Shown here piece by piece: positions 37,610 through 46,877 of a DNA stretch of 64,000 nt. Position 1 is the stretch's first letter. Each line of letters starts with the position of its first letter. The DNA comes from Candidatus Doudnabacteria bacterium. Lineage in GTDB: Bacteria > Patescibacteriota > Doudnabacteria > UBA920 > O2-02-FULL-48-8. The stretch lies in the NCBI GenBank assembly GCA_037200925.1, contig JBBCGO010000001.1:888235-952234 (forward strand). Direction: 5' to 3'. Below the pieces are notes generated by a model, which was not told where the DNA came from, made no database searches, and saw only the letters and a program-made list of their open reading frames with translations. Both the position numbers and the translations under genes were made by a program.

Positions 37610-37638
37610 GATTGGCTTTTCTTTTTGCTCAGTACCTA

Positions 37639-37660
37639 AGTCATGAGCATGCTCATGACT
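37639..37660. repeat. Perfect 22-nt palindrome AGTCATGAGCATGCTCATGACT (copy 2 of the island-associated motif).
   Basis: Its own reverse complement. The core is shared with 17471-17500. It lies 30 nt after the P4 stop. Confidence 0.65.
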
Positions 37661-37707
37661 AAAACACGGTCAGCTTAGTTCAGTCAGGTTTTTTACAAAA
37701 AAAAGAA

Positions 37708-37727
37708 CGGTTGCATATGTACAACCG
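37708..37727 (-). terminator. Hairpin plus T-run terminator for the convergent island gene P5.
   Basis: cggttg-catatgta-caaccg stem-loop, followed on the minus strand by TTCTTTTTTTT. Confidence 0.45.
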
Positions 37728-37742
37728 CTCGAAAAAGAAGCG

Positions 37743-38417
37743 TCAGAGACTGGGAACTGCGATGATCTTTCCATCAACCTCGATCAGATCCTGCAGTCCA
37801 TCCCAGCCGTAGAAGTACTCGGATTCGATGCCGCGCCGGCCAATATAGATGACCTTGAGAAACGGGTCGGCGCCCAGCCTATGGACCTCAAATTCGGCTT
37901 GGGGAAGTTTGTGGCAGATCCATTTCATCAGCATCAGCCCCGGATGAGGGATATCCCGGTTGCGATGAACCGGGCTGATGGTCCACTCATAATTAACCGT
38001 GCGTGCCGCCGCCGTGTCCAGACCGCTTTCCGCGTAGGAGAACGCGACTAAAGCTGCGACCGAGAGGATGAATCCCGCAGCCGGATAGAACGTGAGCGAT
38101 GTCCATCCTAGGCTCGCGAAGTTCGTTGTGAGGTGATCAGCAACCAGGGCCAGAATGCCGATCACGATCCCGAGAGCTGAGCCCAAAGCAGTCCACATGA
38201 TCGCACAGCAGAGCTTATGGATGCCGGCCAGCAGGCGTGGTTGTGCCACGGCCATGCGTTCAGACCAGCAGGCGGCGGCCAGCGCCTCTTGCCGTACTTG
38301 GGCTTTGTACGCTGACACGGCGTCAGGTGAGAACACGGTGATCTGCAGATCTTCCAGGACGTTGGCCAGGGTCGGAGTCACAAGAACAGGTCGCGCCGCA
38401 AACACAGCAGTTCCCAT
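37743..38417 (-). CDS. Membrane protein, island gene P5: cytoplasmic N-domain, two TM helices, C-terminal domain.
   Basis: AGGAGG SD. TM 'AIMWTALGSALGIVIGILALV' and 'FYPAAGFILSVAALVAF'. 224 aa, G+C-rich, no recognised domain. Confidence 0.45.
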   Translation of the reverse strand: MGTAVFAARPVLVTPTLANVLEDLQITVFSPDAVSAYKAQVRQEALAAACWSERMAVAQPRLLAGIHKLCCAIMWTALGSALGIVIGILALVADHLTTNFASLGWTSLTFYPAAGFILSVAALVAFSYAESGLDTAAARTVNYEWTISPVHRNRDIPHPGLMLMKWICHKLPQAEFEVHRLGADPFLKVIYIGRRGIESEYFYGWDGLQDLIEVDGKIIAVPSL

Positions 38418-38630
38418 ACCGCCTCCTTGAGAAAAGTTAAGATTATTTTATCATAAGCTGGTTTTGGTTTCCATTTCGTCTTGCCTTGATCTTGGTTTTA
38501 TGATAGAATCTTTGGGTTATTAATCATACATGTTCTCCTGATGTATTTGGGGCCTGTTTTAAGGTTCAAGACAATGAATCCTTAAGATCCCAAAGCAAAT
38601 GACGGGAACAGAAGTATAAAGGACATAATT

Positions 38631-39362
38631 ATGAAACCCATCACTCTGATGGATATGTTGAAAGCCGGAGTCCATTTCGGCCACAAAACTTCTTTGTGGA
38701 ATCCGAAAATGGCGCCTTTTATTTACACTCAGCGCAACAACATCCACGTCCTGGATCTGGAGAAGACCAAAACCAAGCTTGCCGAGGCTTTGAATTTTGC
38801 CAAAGATACGGCAAGCCGGGGCGGCATAATTTTGTTTGTCGGCACCAAGCGGCAAGCCAAAGAAGAAGTGCGCAAAGCGGCCGAAGTCTGCAATATGCCG
38901 TACGTGGTGACCCGCTGGCTGGGAGGCACATTTACGAATTTCCGCACTATCCAGCGCACGATCAAGAAAATGGAGCGCTACGAAAAAATGATCGCAGACG
39001 GCGAGATAAAGAAGTACACCAAAAAAGAGCAGTTGATGATCGCCCGCGAAGTTACGAAGATGAAAACATTTTTTTCCGGCATCAAAGACATGAAGAAACT
39101 GCCGGAGGCGATATTCGTGCTTGATTCCAAATACGATCACATTCCGGTGGAAGAAGCCCGCCAGTCAAAGGTCAAGATCATCGGCCTGGTGGATACGAAT
39201 GCCGACCCGACCAACATTGATTACATGATCCCGTCAAACGACGATGCAATTAAGGTTATTACATTCATGGCACAGGCTATGGCTGATGCGATCAATGAGG
39301 GACGGGCGACTATGGCCCAAGCCATCATGACGCAAACCGAAGGCGCGGCCGTTGCGAAGTAA
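38631..39362 (+). CDS. rpsB: 30S ribosomal protein S2.
   Basis: 'MLKAGVHFGHKTSLWNPKMAPFIY...IHVLDLEKT', 243 aa. Confidence 0.9.
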   Translation: MKPITLMDMLKAGVHFGHKTSLWNPKMAPFIYTQRNNIHVLDLEKTKTKLAEALNFAKDTASRGGIILFVGTKRQAKEEVRKAAEVCNMPYVVTRWLGGTFTNFRTIQRTIKKMERYEKMIADGEIKKYTKKEQLMIAREVTKMKTFFSGIKDMKKLPEAIFVLDSKYDHIPVEEARQSKVKIIGLVDTNADPTNIDYMIPSNDDAIKVITFMAQAMADAINEGRATMAQAIMTQTEGAAVAK

Positions 39363-39384
39363 TAAATAATAAAGTAAAAATCAT

Positions 39385-39972
39385 ATGAAAATTACACCAG
39401 ATGATATAAAAAAATTAAGAGATGATACCGGCGCCGGTATGCTGGACGCCAAAAAAGCTTTGGAAGCATCAGAGACTTTTCATGATGCAATAGTTTTTTT
39501 GCGCAAGAAAGGCCATGCCACGCTGGCAAAAAAATCCGACAGAGTCGCCAAAGAAGGCCTGATCACTTCCTACATCCACGCCGGCGGCAAAGTAGGCGTT
39601 TTGCTGGAGCTCAATTGCGAAACGGATTTTGTGGCGCGTAATGAGGAATTTAGGGAGTTGGCCAATGAAATATCTCTCCATATCGCGGCTGCGTCGCCGC
39701 TGTACGTTTCGCGCGAACAAATTCCGGCCAATGCCATAGATAATGAGAAACAGGTATATCTGGAGCAGGTAAAAGACAAACCTGAGAAGATGAAAGAACA
39801 GATCGTGGCCGGCAAGCTTGAAAAATACTATGAACAGGCGGCTCTCTTAGACCAGTCGTATGTTCGGGAGCCTGAGAAAAAGATCAAAGACCTGATCGCG
39901 GAAAAAGTCGGCAAGCTTGGTGAAAATATCCAGGTCCGCAGATTCGCCAGGTTTGTCCTGGGGGCGGAATAA
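39385..39972 (+). CDS. tsf: Elongation factor Ts.
   Basis: 'ITPDDIKKLRDDTGAGMLDAKKAL' UBA-like N-terminus, 'LLELNCETDFVARNEEF'. Confidence 0.85.
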   Translation: MKITPDDIKKLRDDTGAGMLDAKKALEASETFHDAIVFLRKKGHATLAKKSDRVAKEGLITSYIHAGGKVGVLLELNCETDFVARNEEFRELANEISLHIAAASPLYVSREQIPANAIDNEKQVYLEQVKDKPEKMKEQIVAGKLEKYYEQAALLDQSYVREPEKKIKDLIAEKVGKLGENIQVRRFARFVLGAE

Positions 39973-39974
39973 TC

Positions 39975-40856
39975 ATGATCTTATTTATCGCAATTTTATT
40001 CGTCGCTTCAGTTCTCGTGATCGTGAGCATGTTTTTGGTAAAGCTCGCGCAACTGAACCAGCGCCCGGTGGTGAGGGTCAAACTTGCAGGCGTGCCGCCG
40101 AATTATTATGAGACTTTATGGCCTTATTTCAGACAGAAGCTGGTATTTATCGCAAACAAACTCTGGCGGTTCATTCTAGAGGCAAAAGACCTGACTCCTG
40201 CCGCCACTAAAACCCTGCAAACTTCGGTTGCGAAAGCCAAAAATGTTTTCCGCATCCGCATCCGTTCTTCGGCCTCAGAACCGCAATGGCTTCCGGAAGC
40301 GGCGGAGTTGAGCATTAAGCCGACCGTATCTCAGAATCCGGAAGATCTTTATCTGGAAGCGATCAAAAAAAATCCGAACGACAAGCAGGCTTATGAAGCT
40401 TTGGGCCGCCTGTATCTGCAGAACAAGAATTATTCTGATGCATCGCAGACCTACGAGTATCTGACCAAGCTCGATGCCGGCCGCGATATCTATTTTTCGA
40501 ATTTGGGATTGGCATATTACTCTCTCGGCGAATATCAGAAAGCCGCGGCATCTTATGAGAAGGCGCTGAATATCAACAATAAAGTCGCGACCCGCTGGAT
40601 CAACCTGGCGCTTTGCTTTGAAGCTCTGGATGAGTTCACGAAAGCGGTGAAAGCCATCACGCAGGCTTTGGTACTGGACAAGCTGAACGTGAATTACCTG
40701 ATGCTTCTGGCGGATACCTACATCATGCTTGATAACAGTATCCGGGCAGAAGAAGTTTTAGAGCAGATCATGTCCATGGATCCCATGAACAAGCCGGCTC
40801 GCGAGAAGCTGATGAAACTAAAAGTAAAATATAAAGGGGTCGGGATAAAGTATTAG
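39975..40856 (+). CDS. TPR-repeat protein with an N-terminal TM anchor.
   Basis: TM 'ILFIAILFVASVLVIVSMFLV', then TPR-like repeats (AYEALGRLYLQNKNYSDASQTYEY, LGLAYYSLGEYQKAAASYEKAL). Confidence 0.6.
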   Translation: MILFIAILFVASVLVIVSMFLVKLAQLNQRPVVRVKLAGVPPNYYETLWPYFRQKLVFIANKLWRFILEAKDLTPAATKTLQTSVAKAKNVFRIRIRSSASEPQWLPEAAELSIKPTVSQNPEDLYLEAIKKNPNDKQAYEALGRLYLQNKNYSDASQTYEYLTKLDAGRDIYFSNLGLAYYSLGEYQKAAASYEKALNINNKVATRWINLALCFEALDEFTKAVKAITQALVLDKLNVNYLMLLADTYIMLDNSIRAEEVLEQIMSMDPMNKPAREKLMKLKVKYKGVGIKY

Positions 40857-40895
40857 GGTTGGAAAAAGTTCGTAAATTTGCTAAAATGTTCTATT

Positions 40896-40969
40896 GCCCC
40901 CTTAGTTCAGTGGCAGAACAACAGTTTTGTAAACTGTAGGCGGTAGTTCGATTCTACCCGGGGGCTCCA
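40896..40969 (+). tRNA. tRNA-Thr (anticodon UGU).
   Basis: GCCCCCT...CGGGGGCTCCA with anticodon loop TTTGTAA and T-arm GGTAG-TTCGATT-CTACC. Pair 7-66 is a mismatch. Confidence 0.75.
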
Positions 40970-41107
40970 GAAAAATCTGTTGCGAATAACACTTCACAAA
41001 ACATGAGGCGCAGCGTAGCGAGCACATGTTTTGTGAAAAAAGGAGCAGTATGCCGACCGCAGCACAATCGCTTATGCGATTTGCGAAGGTTCGGCCAACT
41101 GCGACGC

Positions 41108-41194
41108 GGGCAGGTAGCGAAGTGGTCAAACGCGGCTGACTGTAAATCAGCTGGCCTTGCGCCTTCATAGGTTCGAATCCTATCCTGCCCACCA
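41108..41194 (+). tRNA. tRNA-Tyr (anticodon GUA), type II.
   Basis: GGGCAGG...CCTGCCCACCA with anticodon loop CTGTAAA, a long variable arm and T-arm TAGGTTCGAATCCTA. Confidence 0.8.
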
Positions 41195-41265
41195 AGAAAA
41201 ATTCCTGACCTTGTGTCGGGAATTTTTCTTTTTGTTGCATGAAGGGATTCGAACGGGTTGAAATA

Positions 41266-42672
41266 TTAGAAACTGATTTGAAAAGTCGGATTATCCATGC
41301 TTGTCCAATCATTTCCTGTGCTGCCGCCCAGGTCTTGATTTTTTAAACCTACTGAATACAATATTTTTTTTGTTGCCGAATATCGGATAGGCTGATGGTC
41401 GAATGGATCCTGCGGAACTGCAGTAAGATATTGAGGGACAAGCTCTGCGAGCGTATTTGGAAGCTGGCCTTTGTCCATTTCATATTCCTTGATAGCCAGT
41501 TCAATTTGGGCGACGTTGGCAATTAGATCATTCTGGCATTCTTTTGTTACCACACTTCCTAACGAAACAGCGAATGTGGAAAACAAATTTTTGCCGATAG
41601 CATTTTCAGCAAACGGCAAGTTTCGGCTCGAAATATCGACTGCAAACTGACTCAGAGTAGTGTTCAGTTGTTGGTTTGATTCAGCTAAATCGCATTTCAC
41701 TCCGATTGCTGCAACCTGGGAATTATATAAATTTGTAAATAAATTTTTTGTTTGATTAGGTTTGTAGTAGTAACCATATTTGGCGTATTTAGCATAAGCA
41801 AAAGAACTGACGTCTCCATCTTTTACCGTCTGAGTAATTTGGTTGGAAATATTCGTATAATCAAACCGGAAACCATCCTTATAACCCTCTAAATTATTAC
41901 TGCTGTCCTGAAGGGTTGTTCTGACCGTTTCTAAAGTTTGCTTACCCGGATTATTAAAAGGCAGAATCCGCAGGATCGTTTGGGAGCCTAGTTGTCTTAT
42001 TGCCAGGCCGACCAGAACTCCGATGAGGCCATTGTGGCCATTGATAATATTGTATCCGACTTTATTTAGTTTCGCGGCTTCCAGCAGAGCTTCATCAGGT
42101 TTTCCCTGAGCTGACAGTGATAAGGCTTTAATGGCTTGAAGTCTTGCTGCGCTTCGCCAGGTATTCGTCGGAGGCTCGGCAGTATTGGGATTAATGTTAA
42201 TAGGATTCGCATAATCCGGGACCTGAACGTGACCTTTACCGGCGGCGGCATCAAACAAGCTCAAGGCTTGCTGGTTTTGACTCAGCACCTGATCTACCAA
42301 GTGCTGATCCCATTGCACGGGTTTGGTGAAGTCGGTATATTCAAGGTCAAAGGCGATTTTTTGGTCATTGCTCGGCACGTTGATCATCGTCGGCGTTATT
42401 TTATTTAGATCATAAAAACCGTTGTCAGCATCCGGCACTGAAACTTTTTGCAGTGTCAATTGAGAATCGTCAATCAATGTTGCATCACCGGGATGCAATA
42501 CAGTTAAAATGAACGGCAAGAAATAAATCCCTGCGCCGATCACTATTATCAGAATAACCAAAATCATTAGGATTTTTTTCCATAGTTTCATTTTGTGCTT
42601 CGGCGGAGGCTGAAGGGGAACAGAGGCAACTGTCGGGGATTCGGCTAATTGGTTTTGATTGTCATTTTCCAT
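41266..42672 (-). CDS. Membrane-anchored, largely extracytoplasmic hypothetical protein.
   Basis: N-terminal TM 'ILMILVILIIVIGAGIYFLPFIL' and 468 aa with no recognised catalytic motif. Confidence 0.45.
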   Translation of the reverse strand: MENDNQNQLAESPTVASVPLQPPPKHKMKLWKKILMILVILIIVIGAGIYFLPFILTVLHPGDATLIDDSQLTLQKVSVPDADNGFYDLNKITPTMINVPSNDQKIAFDLEYTDFTKPVQWDQHLVDQVLSQNQQALSLFDAAAGKGHVQVPDYANPININPNTAEPPTNTWRSAARLQAIKALSLSAQGKPDEALLEAAKLNKVGYNIINGHNGLIGVLVGLAIRQLGSQTILRILPFNNPGKQTLETVRTTLQDSSNNLEGYKDGFRFDYTNISNQITQTVKDGDVSSFAYAKYAKYGYYYKPNQTKNLFTNLYNSQVAAIGVKCDLAESNQQLNTTLSQFAVDISSRNLPFAENAIGKNLFSTFAVSLGSVVTKECQNDLIANVAQIELAIKEYEMDKGQLPNTLAELVPQYLTAVPQDPFDHQPIRYSATKKILYSVGLKNQDLGGSTGNDWTSMDNPTFQISF

Positions 42673-42818
42673 ATTTTTGTTTCGTTTACATCAATTATGA
42701 TTATTTGCTTAATTATAGCTCTTGATTGGTCATTAAACAAGTAATTGCGTGCATTTTTCCGTTTTTTGACGAATGTGCTATAATGTTGGCAATCATTATA
42801 ACCACTAGAGATAAAAAT

Positions 42819-43259
42819 ATGAGCGAAAAAAAGACCAAGATCTTAATTGTTGAGGACGAGGAAATTCTGCTGACTGCGCTTTCTGAGGAATTGACTCAGG
42901 AGGGATTTGCGGTTGCGGGAGCCAAAGACGGGGTGGAAGGTGTGGAAAAGGCCGTATCCGAAAAGCCTGATTTGATCCTTTTGGATCTGGTCATGCCGCG
43001 TCTGGACGGGATCGGAGCATTAAAAAAAATGAAAGAGAACCCGGTAATCAAGGAAATTCCTGTGGTGATCCTGACCAATTTGTCGGATTACGACAAGGTT
43101 TCAGATGCCCTGTCTTTAGGCGCCATGGATTATTTGGTAAAGGCCAATTACCGTTTGGATGAATTGGTGAACAAAATTAAAACAGTGCTTGAGCGAAAGC
43201 AATCCGGTGTGCTTACAGCGCCGGTTCAGCCGCCCCCGGCTCCGCCGCCAACCGCCTAA
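42819..43259 (+). CDS. Response-regulator receiver-domain protein (CheY-like, no output domain; Pro-rich tail).
   Basis: 'KILIVEDEE', 'LILLDLVMPRLDG', 'PVVILTN', 'AMDYLVK'. Likely start at MSEKK (42819) downstream of a TGcTATAAT extended -10 box at 42775-42783. Confidence 0.7.
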   Translation: MSEKKTKILIVEDEEILLTALSEELTQEGFAVAGAKDGVEGVEKAVSEKPDLILLDLVMPRLDGIGALKKMKENPVIKEIPVVILTNLSDYDKVSDALSLGAMDYLVKANYRLDELVNKIKTVLERKQSGVLTAPVQPPPAPPPTA

Positions 43260-43467
43260 GTTTTTGCGAAGCCTGTTTTATTCCGTTTGGTTCAGTTTTT
43301 TAAGTTAGGTTTTTCAAACTTGGCGGCAAAAGCCGGAATACTTAAAAACAATGGCGAATGCGCATCTCTGAATCAATTCAATTTTTTTCTTGTCGACAAT
43401 CTATAGTGTGATTGTCTTTGTTTTTATCAGGGAAATTAAAGCTTGACGAAATGATAGCCACAAAATA

Positions 43468-44196
43468 ATGCCAGAATCAAAAAAACCCCGAAAAAAACAT
43501 CACAAGGATATCCAGTCAGATTTTATTAATCTGACCTCGCACCAGCTGCGCACTCCGCTTTCCGGAAGCAAGTGGCTTTTGGAGCTTTTGCAGAAACCGG
43601 GCACCGGGAGCCTGAATAAAAAGCAGAGGGATTTTTTGGAAAAGATCAATATCGAAAATGAACGCATGATCGCTTTGGTCAATGACCTGCTGGAAGTCAC
43701 TCGCATTGAGGCCGGACAAACCAAGCTTTACCTGCAGCCCACGGACTTGACCACGGTCATCCGAGGATTGATCAAAGAAAAAGGAAAAGAAGTCAAGAAA
43801 AAAAGGCTGCAGATCGTTTTTACCATGCAGCAAAAGCCTTTCCCTCTAGTGCGCACCGAAATGAATAAGATCAGGCATGCCATGTCGAATCTGCTTTCCA
43901 ATGCCATTGCATATACGCATGAAGGCGGAAAGATCACAATCGACCTGCAGGTACAAGACGGCATGTTGCTGGGAACGATAAGCGATACCGGAGTTGGTAT
44001 TCCCAAAGATATGCAGGACGAAATATTTACCAAGTTTTTTCGTGGCGCGAACGTCACCAGCCTGGAAACAACCGGTACGGGTTTGGGGTTGTATATTTCC
44101 CGGGCTTTTATTGAAGCCTCCGGAGGCAAACTCTGGTTTAAATCAAATGAGGGCCAGGGCACCACGTTTTATTTCACGTTGCCGATAGTAAGATAG
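43468..44196 (+). CDS. Cytoplasmic sensor histidine kinase (HisKA plus HATPase_c).
   Basis: H-box 'LTSHQLRTPLSG', N-box 'LLSNAIAYT', G-boxes 'DTGVGIP' and 'GTGLGLYIS'. No TM segment. Confidence 0.7.
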   Translation: MPESKKPRKKHHKDIQSDFINLTSHQLRTPLSGSKWLLELLQKPGTGSLNKKQRDFLEKINIENERMIALVNDLLEVTRIEAGQTKLYLQPTDLTTVIRGLIKEKGKEVKKKRLQIVFTMQQKPFPLVRTEMNKIRHAMSNLLSNAIAYTHEGGKITIDLQVQDGMLLGTISDTGVGIPKDMQDEIFTKFFRGANVTSLETTGTGLGLYISRAFIEASGGKLWFKSNEGQGTTFYFTLPIVR

Positions 44197-44253
44197 GCCG
44201 GCTTGATTTATCTGCTGATTTTTGCTATAGTATGCAGGCAAGTTTTAAATTTT

Positions 44254-44329
44254 GCCCAGGTAGCTCAGCTGGTAGAGCAACTCCATGGTAAGGAGTAGGT
44301 CCGCGGTTCAATTCCGCGCCTGGGCTCCA
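44254..44329 (+). tRNA. tRNA-Thr (anticodon GGU).
   Basis: GCCCAGG...CCTGGGCTCCA with anticodon loop ATGGTAA and T-arm CGCGG-TTCAATT-CCGCG. Confidence 0.85.
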
Positions 44330-44372
44330 GGAACGCCAATCGTTTCCAGAATTTTAGATTAGAAAGGAAATC

Positions 44373-44528
44373 ATGTCACAAGATAACCTGATCAGTATGG
44401 AATGCTCAATTTGCCACCGTGTAAATTATCATTCCAGAAAAAATAAAAAGCTCACTCCCAGCCGTTTGGCTTTGGAGAAATTTTGCCGGTGGTGCCATAA
44501 GCATACCGAGCATAAAGAGACAAAATAA
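44373..44528 (+). CDS. rpmG: 50S ribosomal protein L33.
   Basis: 51 aa, below the ORF-track cutoff. MSQDNLISMECSICHRVNYHSRKNKKLTPSRLALEKFCRWCHKHTEHKETK matches L33 (C..C...Y.T.KN....P.RLEL.KYC..C..HT.H.E.K). SD AAGGAAA. Confidence 0.8.
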   Translation: MSQDNLISMECSICHRVNYHSRKNKKLTPSRLALEKFCRWCHKHTEHKETK

Positions 44529-44544
44529 CAGGGCGATTTTTGTT

Positions 44545-44618
44545 GGGGGCATAGTGTAACGGTAGCACAACGCTCTCCAAAAGCGTTTGTTGAGGTTCAA
44601 ATCCTCATGCCCCTGCCA
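44545..44618 (+). tRNA. tRNA-Trp (anticodon CCA).
   Basis: GGGGGCA...TGCCCCTGCCA with anticodon loop CTCCAAA and T-arm TGAGG-TTCAAAT-CCTCA. Confidence 0.75.
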
Positions 44619-44700
44619 AAAGTCGCTCTGGCTGAAACAAACAATCGTTAGCAATCGTCTTATTAATTGGCGGCTTTTATGTCGCGATTGATACTTTAAT

Positions 44701-46464
44701 ATGCTTAAAACCCAGAATTTTCGAACTAAAGATACATTCCGTATTTTTTGGCGGCATGCCAGGGCATATCCCTGGCTGATTTTGGTATTGTCCGCATCAT
44801 TGCTCGGCGCCACAATTGCCGAAGTGTTCGGGCCTTTCTTCTACAAACAGCTTTTCGACCTTTTGTCGGCTTCGGGATCTCTGCCCGCGCTTTTGGCTGT
44901 TGTTCTGAAGATATTAGCGGCTGCCTCCCTTGCCTGGTTCTTTTGGAGGATCGCGACTTTCGCAAACAATATGTTCCAGCCGGCCGTGATGCGGGATTTG
45001 GTCAACACATGTTTCAACTATCTTCACGACCATTCTTTTAATTTTTTCACCAATAATTTTGCTGGTAGCCTGGTAAAAAAGATCGGCCGGTATGAAAGGG
45101 CATTCGAGGATATAACCGATCAGATCTACTGGAGCCTTGCGCCGACAACGCTGAAAATTTCCATCATTGTCGGTATTTTGTATTTTGTACGGCCGGTATT
45201 TGCTTTGGCGGTTCTCGTCTGGTCGGCAGTTTATATTATTTTCAGCATCTGGTTTGCTTTTTACAAGCTTAAGTATGATGTAGAAAATGCGGAACTGGAC
45301 ACGGAGGTCGGGGGCAGACTGGCGGATACGATAACCAACAACGTTAACGTTAAATTGTTCGGCGGATTTAATCGGGAATCGAAATCTTTTGAACAATTAA
45401 CCCAAAGACAATACAAAATCCGAAAATGGACTTGGGATCTGGGATCCATCAATGAGGCTGTTCAGGGAGCTTTGTTTGCGATCCTGGAATTCACGCTTCT
45501 GAGTTTGGCGGTGCGGCTTTGGAAGCACGGATTACTGACGCTCGGCGATTTTGCCCTGCTCCAAGGCTATATGGTCCAGATGTTCGGCAGGCTCTGGGAT
45601 CTGGGCCGGCAGATAAAGAACATTTATTCCCGCCTGGGTGATGCGGAAGAAATGACTGAGATCCTTCTGACCCCGCACGAAATCCAGGACAAGCCGAATG
45701 CCCGCAAGCTTAAAATTGCAGGCGGCAAGATCGATTTTAAGGATGTGACGTTCGGCTACCACAACAGGCGAAAAATCTTCCAGAATTTCAATCTTACGAT
45801 TACGCCCGGGGAACGCGTGGCCCTGATCGGGCCTTCAGGCGGAGGCAAGACCACCATCGTGAAATTGTTGTTCCGGTTCTTTGACATCCAATCCGGCCAA
45901 ATTATGATCGACGGACAGAATATTAGCCGCGTCACCCAAGCAAGCTTAAGATCCGCTATGTCATTAGTGCCGCAGGAGCCGATTCTTTTCCATCGTTCGC
46001 TGTTTGAAAACATAGCCTACGGCAACCCGAATGCCACCCGCGATGATGTGATCAAAGCTGCCAAATCTGCTCATTGCCACGAATTTATAGTTAAATTTCC
46101 GGAACAGTATGAAACTTTAGTGGGCGAACGCGGTATCAAACTTTCCGGAGGCGAGCGCCAGAGGGTGGCTATCGCGCGCGCGATCCTGAAAAATGCGCCG
46201 ATCTTGGTTTTGGATGAGGCCACAAGTTCCTTGGACTCGGAATCGGAATACTATATCCAGGACGCTCTGAAAAACTTGATGAAAGGCAAAACAACGATCG
46301 TGATCGCGCACAGGCTTTCCACCATCATGCAAATGGACAGGATCATTGTCATCGAGAAAGGACGTATAAAAGAAGAGGGGAGACACGAAGAATTGCTCAA
46401 AGTGAACCAAGGCACATATCAGAAGCTTTGGCATATCCAGGCCGGGGGGTTTGCCAAAGCCTAG
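44701..46464 (+). CDS. ABC transporter, fused permease/ATP-binding subunit (MsbA/multidrug-exporter type).
   Basis: Six-TM N-domain. Walker A 'GPSGGGKTT', ABC signature 'LSGGERQRVAIARA', Walker B 'ILVLDEATS', H-loop 'IVIAHRLS'. Confidence 0.8.
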   Translation: MLKTQNFRTKDTFRIFWRHARAYPWLILVLSASLLGATIAEVFGPFFYKQLFDLLSASGSLPALLAVVLKILAAASLAWFFWRIATFANNMFQPAVMRDLVNTCFNYLHDHSFNFFTNNFAGSLVKKIGRYERAFEDITDQIYWSLAPTTLKISIIVGILYFVRPVFALAVLVWSAVYIIFSIWFAFYKLKYDVENAELDTEVGGRLADTITNNVNVKLFGGFNRESKSFEQLTQRQYKIRKWTWDLGSINEAVQGALFAILEFTLLSLAVRLWKHGLLTLGDFALLQGYMVQMFGRLWDLGRQIKNIYSRLGDAEEMTEILLTPHEIQDKPNARKLKIAGGKIDFKDVTFGYHNRRKIFQNFNLTITPGERVALIGPSGGGKTTIVKLLFRFFDIQSGQIMIDGQNISRVTQASLRSAMSLVPQEPILFHRSLFENIAYGNPNATRDDVIKAAKSAHCHEFIVKFPEQYETLVGERGIKLSGGERQRVAIARAILKNAPILVLDEATSSLDSESEYYIQDALKNLMKGKTTIVIAHRLSTIMQMDRIIVIEKGRIKEEGRHEELLKVNQGTYQKLWHIQAGGFAKA

Positions 46465-46569
46465 GGAATGTGTTATGCTTTATATGCAAAATATTCTAGG
46501 ATCAAGAAATTAGTCGAGTTTCGCAAAACCTATTTACTTTGCATTTTTACTCACTAACTTTCAAAATCA

Positions 46570-46767
46570 ATGGACGGTACAATCAAAAAGCTCACCGACA
46601 AAGGTTTCGGCTTCATCGCTGTTGAAGGCCAGGAAAAAGACGTTTTTTTCCATGGCAAATCTTTGGTCGGCGTGACTTTTGCAGAACTCCATGAAGGTGA
46701 CGCAGTCAGCTTCGATATGGAAGATTCTCCAAAGGGTCCAAACGCGGTCAACGTCAAGCGAGCCTAG
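46570..46767 (+). CDS. cspA: Cold-shock protein (CspA family).
   Basis: 'GTIKKLTDKGFGFIAVEGQEKDVFFH' RNP1/RNP2 motifs. Confidence 0.85.
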   Translation: MDGTIKKLTDKGFGFIAVEGQEKDVFFHGKSLVGVTFAELHEGDAVSFDMEDSPKGPNAVNVKRA

Positions 46768-46778
46768 GCTCTCTTATA

Positions 46779-46812
46779 AAACCCGCCCTCTAACCGGGGC
46801 GGTTTTATTTTT
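46779..46812 (+). terminator. Rho-independent terminator after the cold-shock gene.
   Basis: cccgccc...ggggcgg stem followed by TTTTATTTTTG. Confidence 0.5.
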
Positions 46813-46877
46813 GCTTGACAAGAATTTGAAAGACAATTATACTAATCCTACATTTCTAACTAATAGGAAAGGGAATA

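Noticed and set aside
36133-39124. Numerous overlapping ORFs on both strands within the G+C-rich island and rpsB (for example 36133..36369, 36420..36635, 38696..39124, 38559..39140).
   Set aside because: These are the open antisense or shifted frames typical of G+C-rich or highly expressed coding DNA. The frames with SD sites, hydrophobic helices or S2 homology were chosen as genes.
40902-41312. 136-aa minus-strand ORF spanning tRNA-Thr and tRNA-Tyr (contains GRIGFEPM and GRIELPP).
   Set aside because: Antisense to two tRNA genes. The motifs are T-arm translations, so it is not a real CDS.
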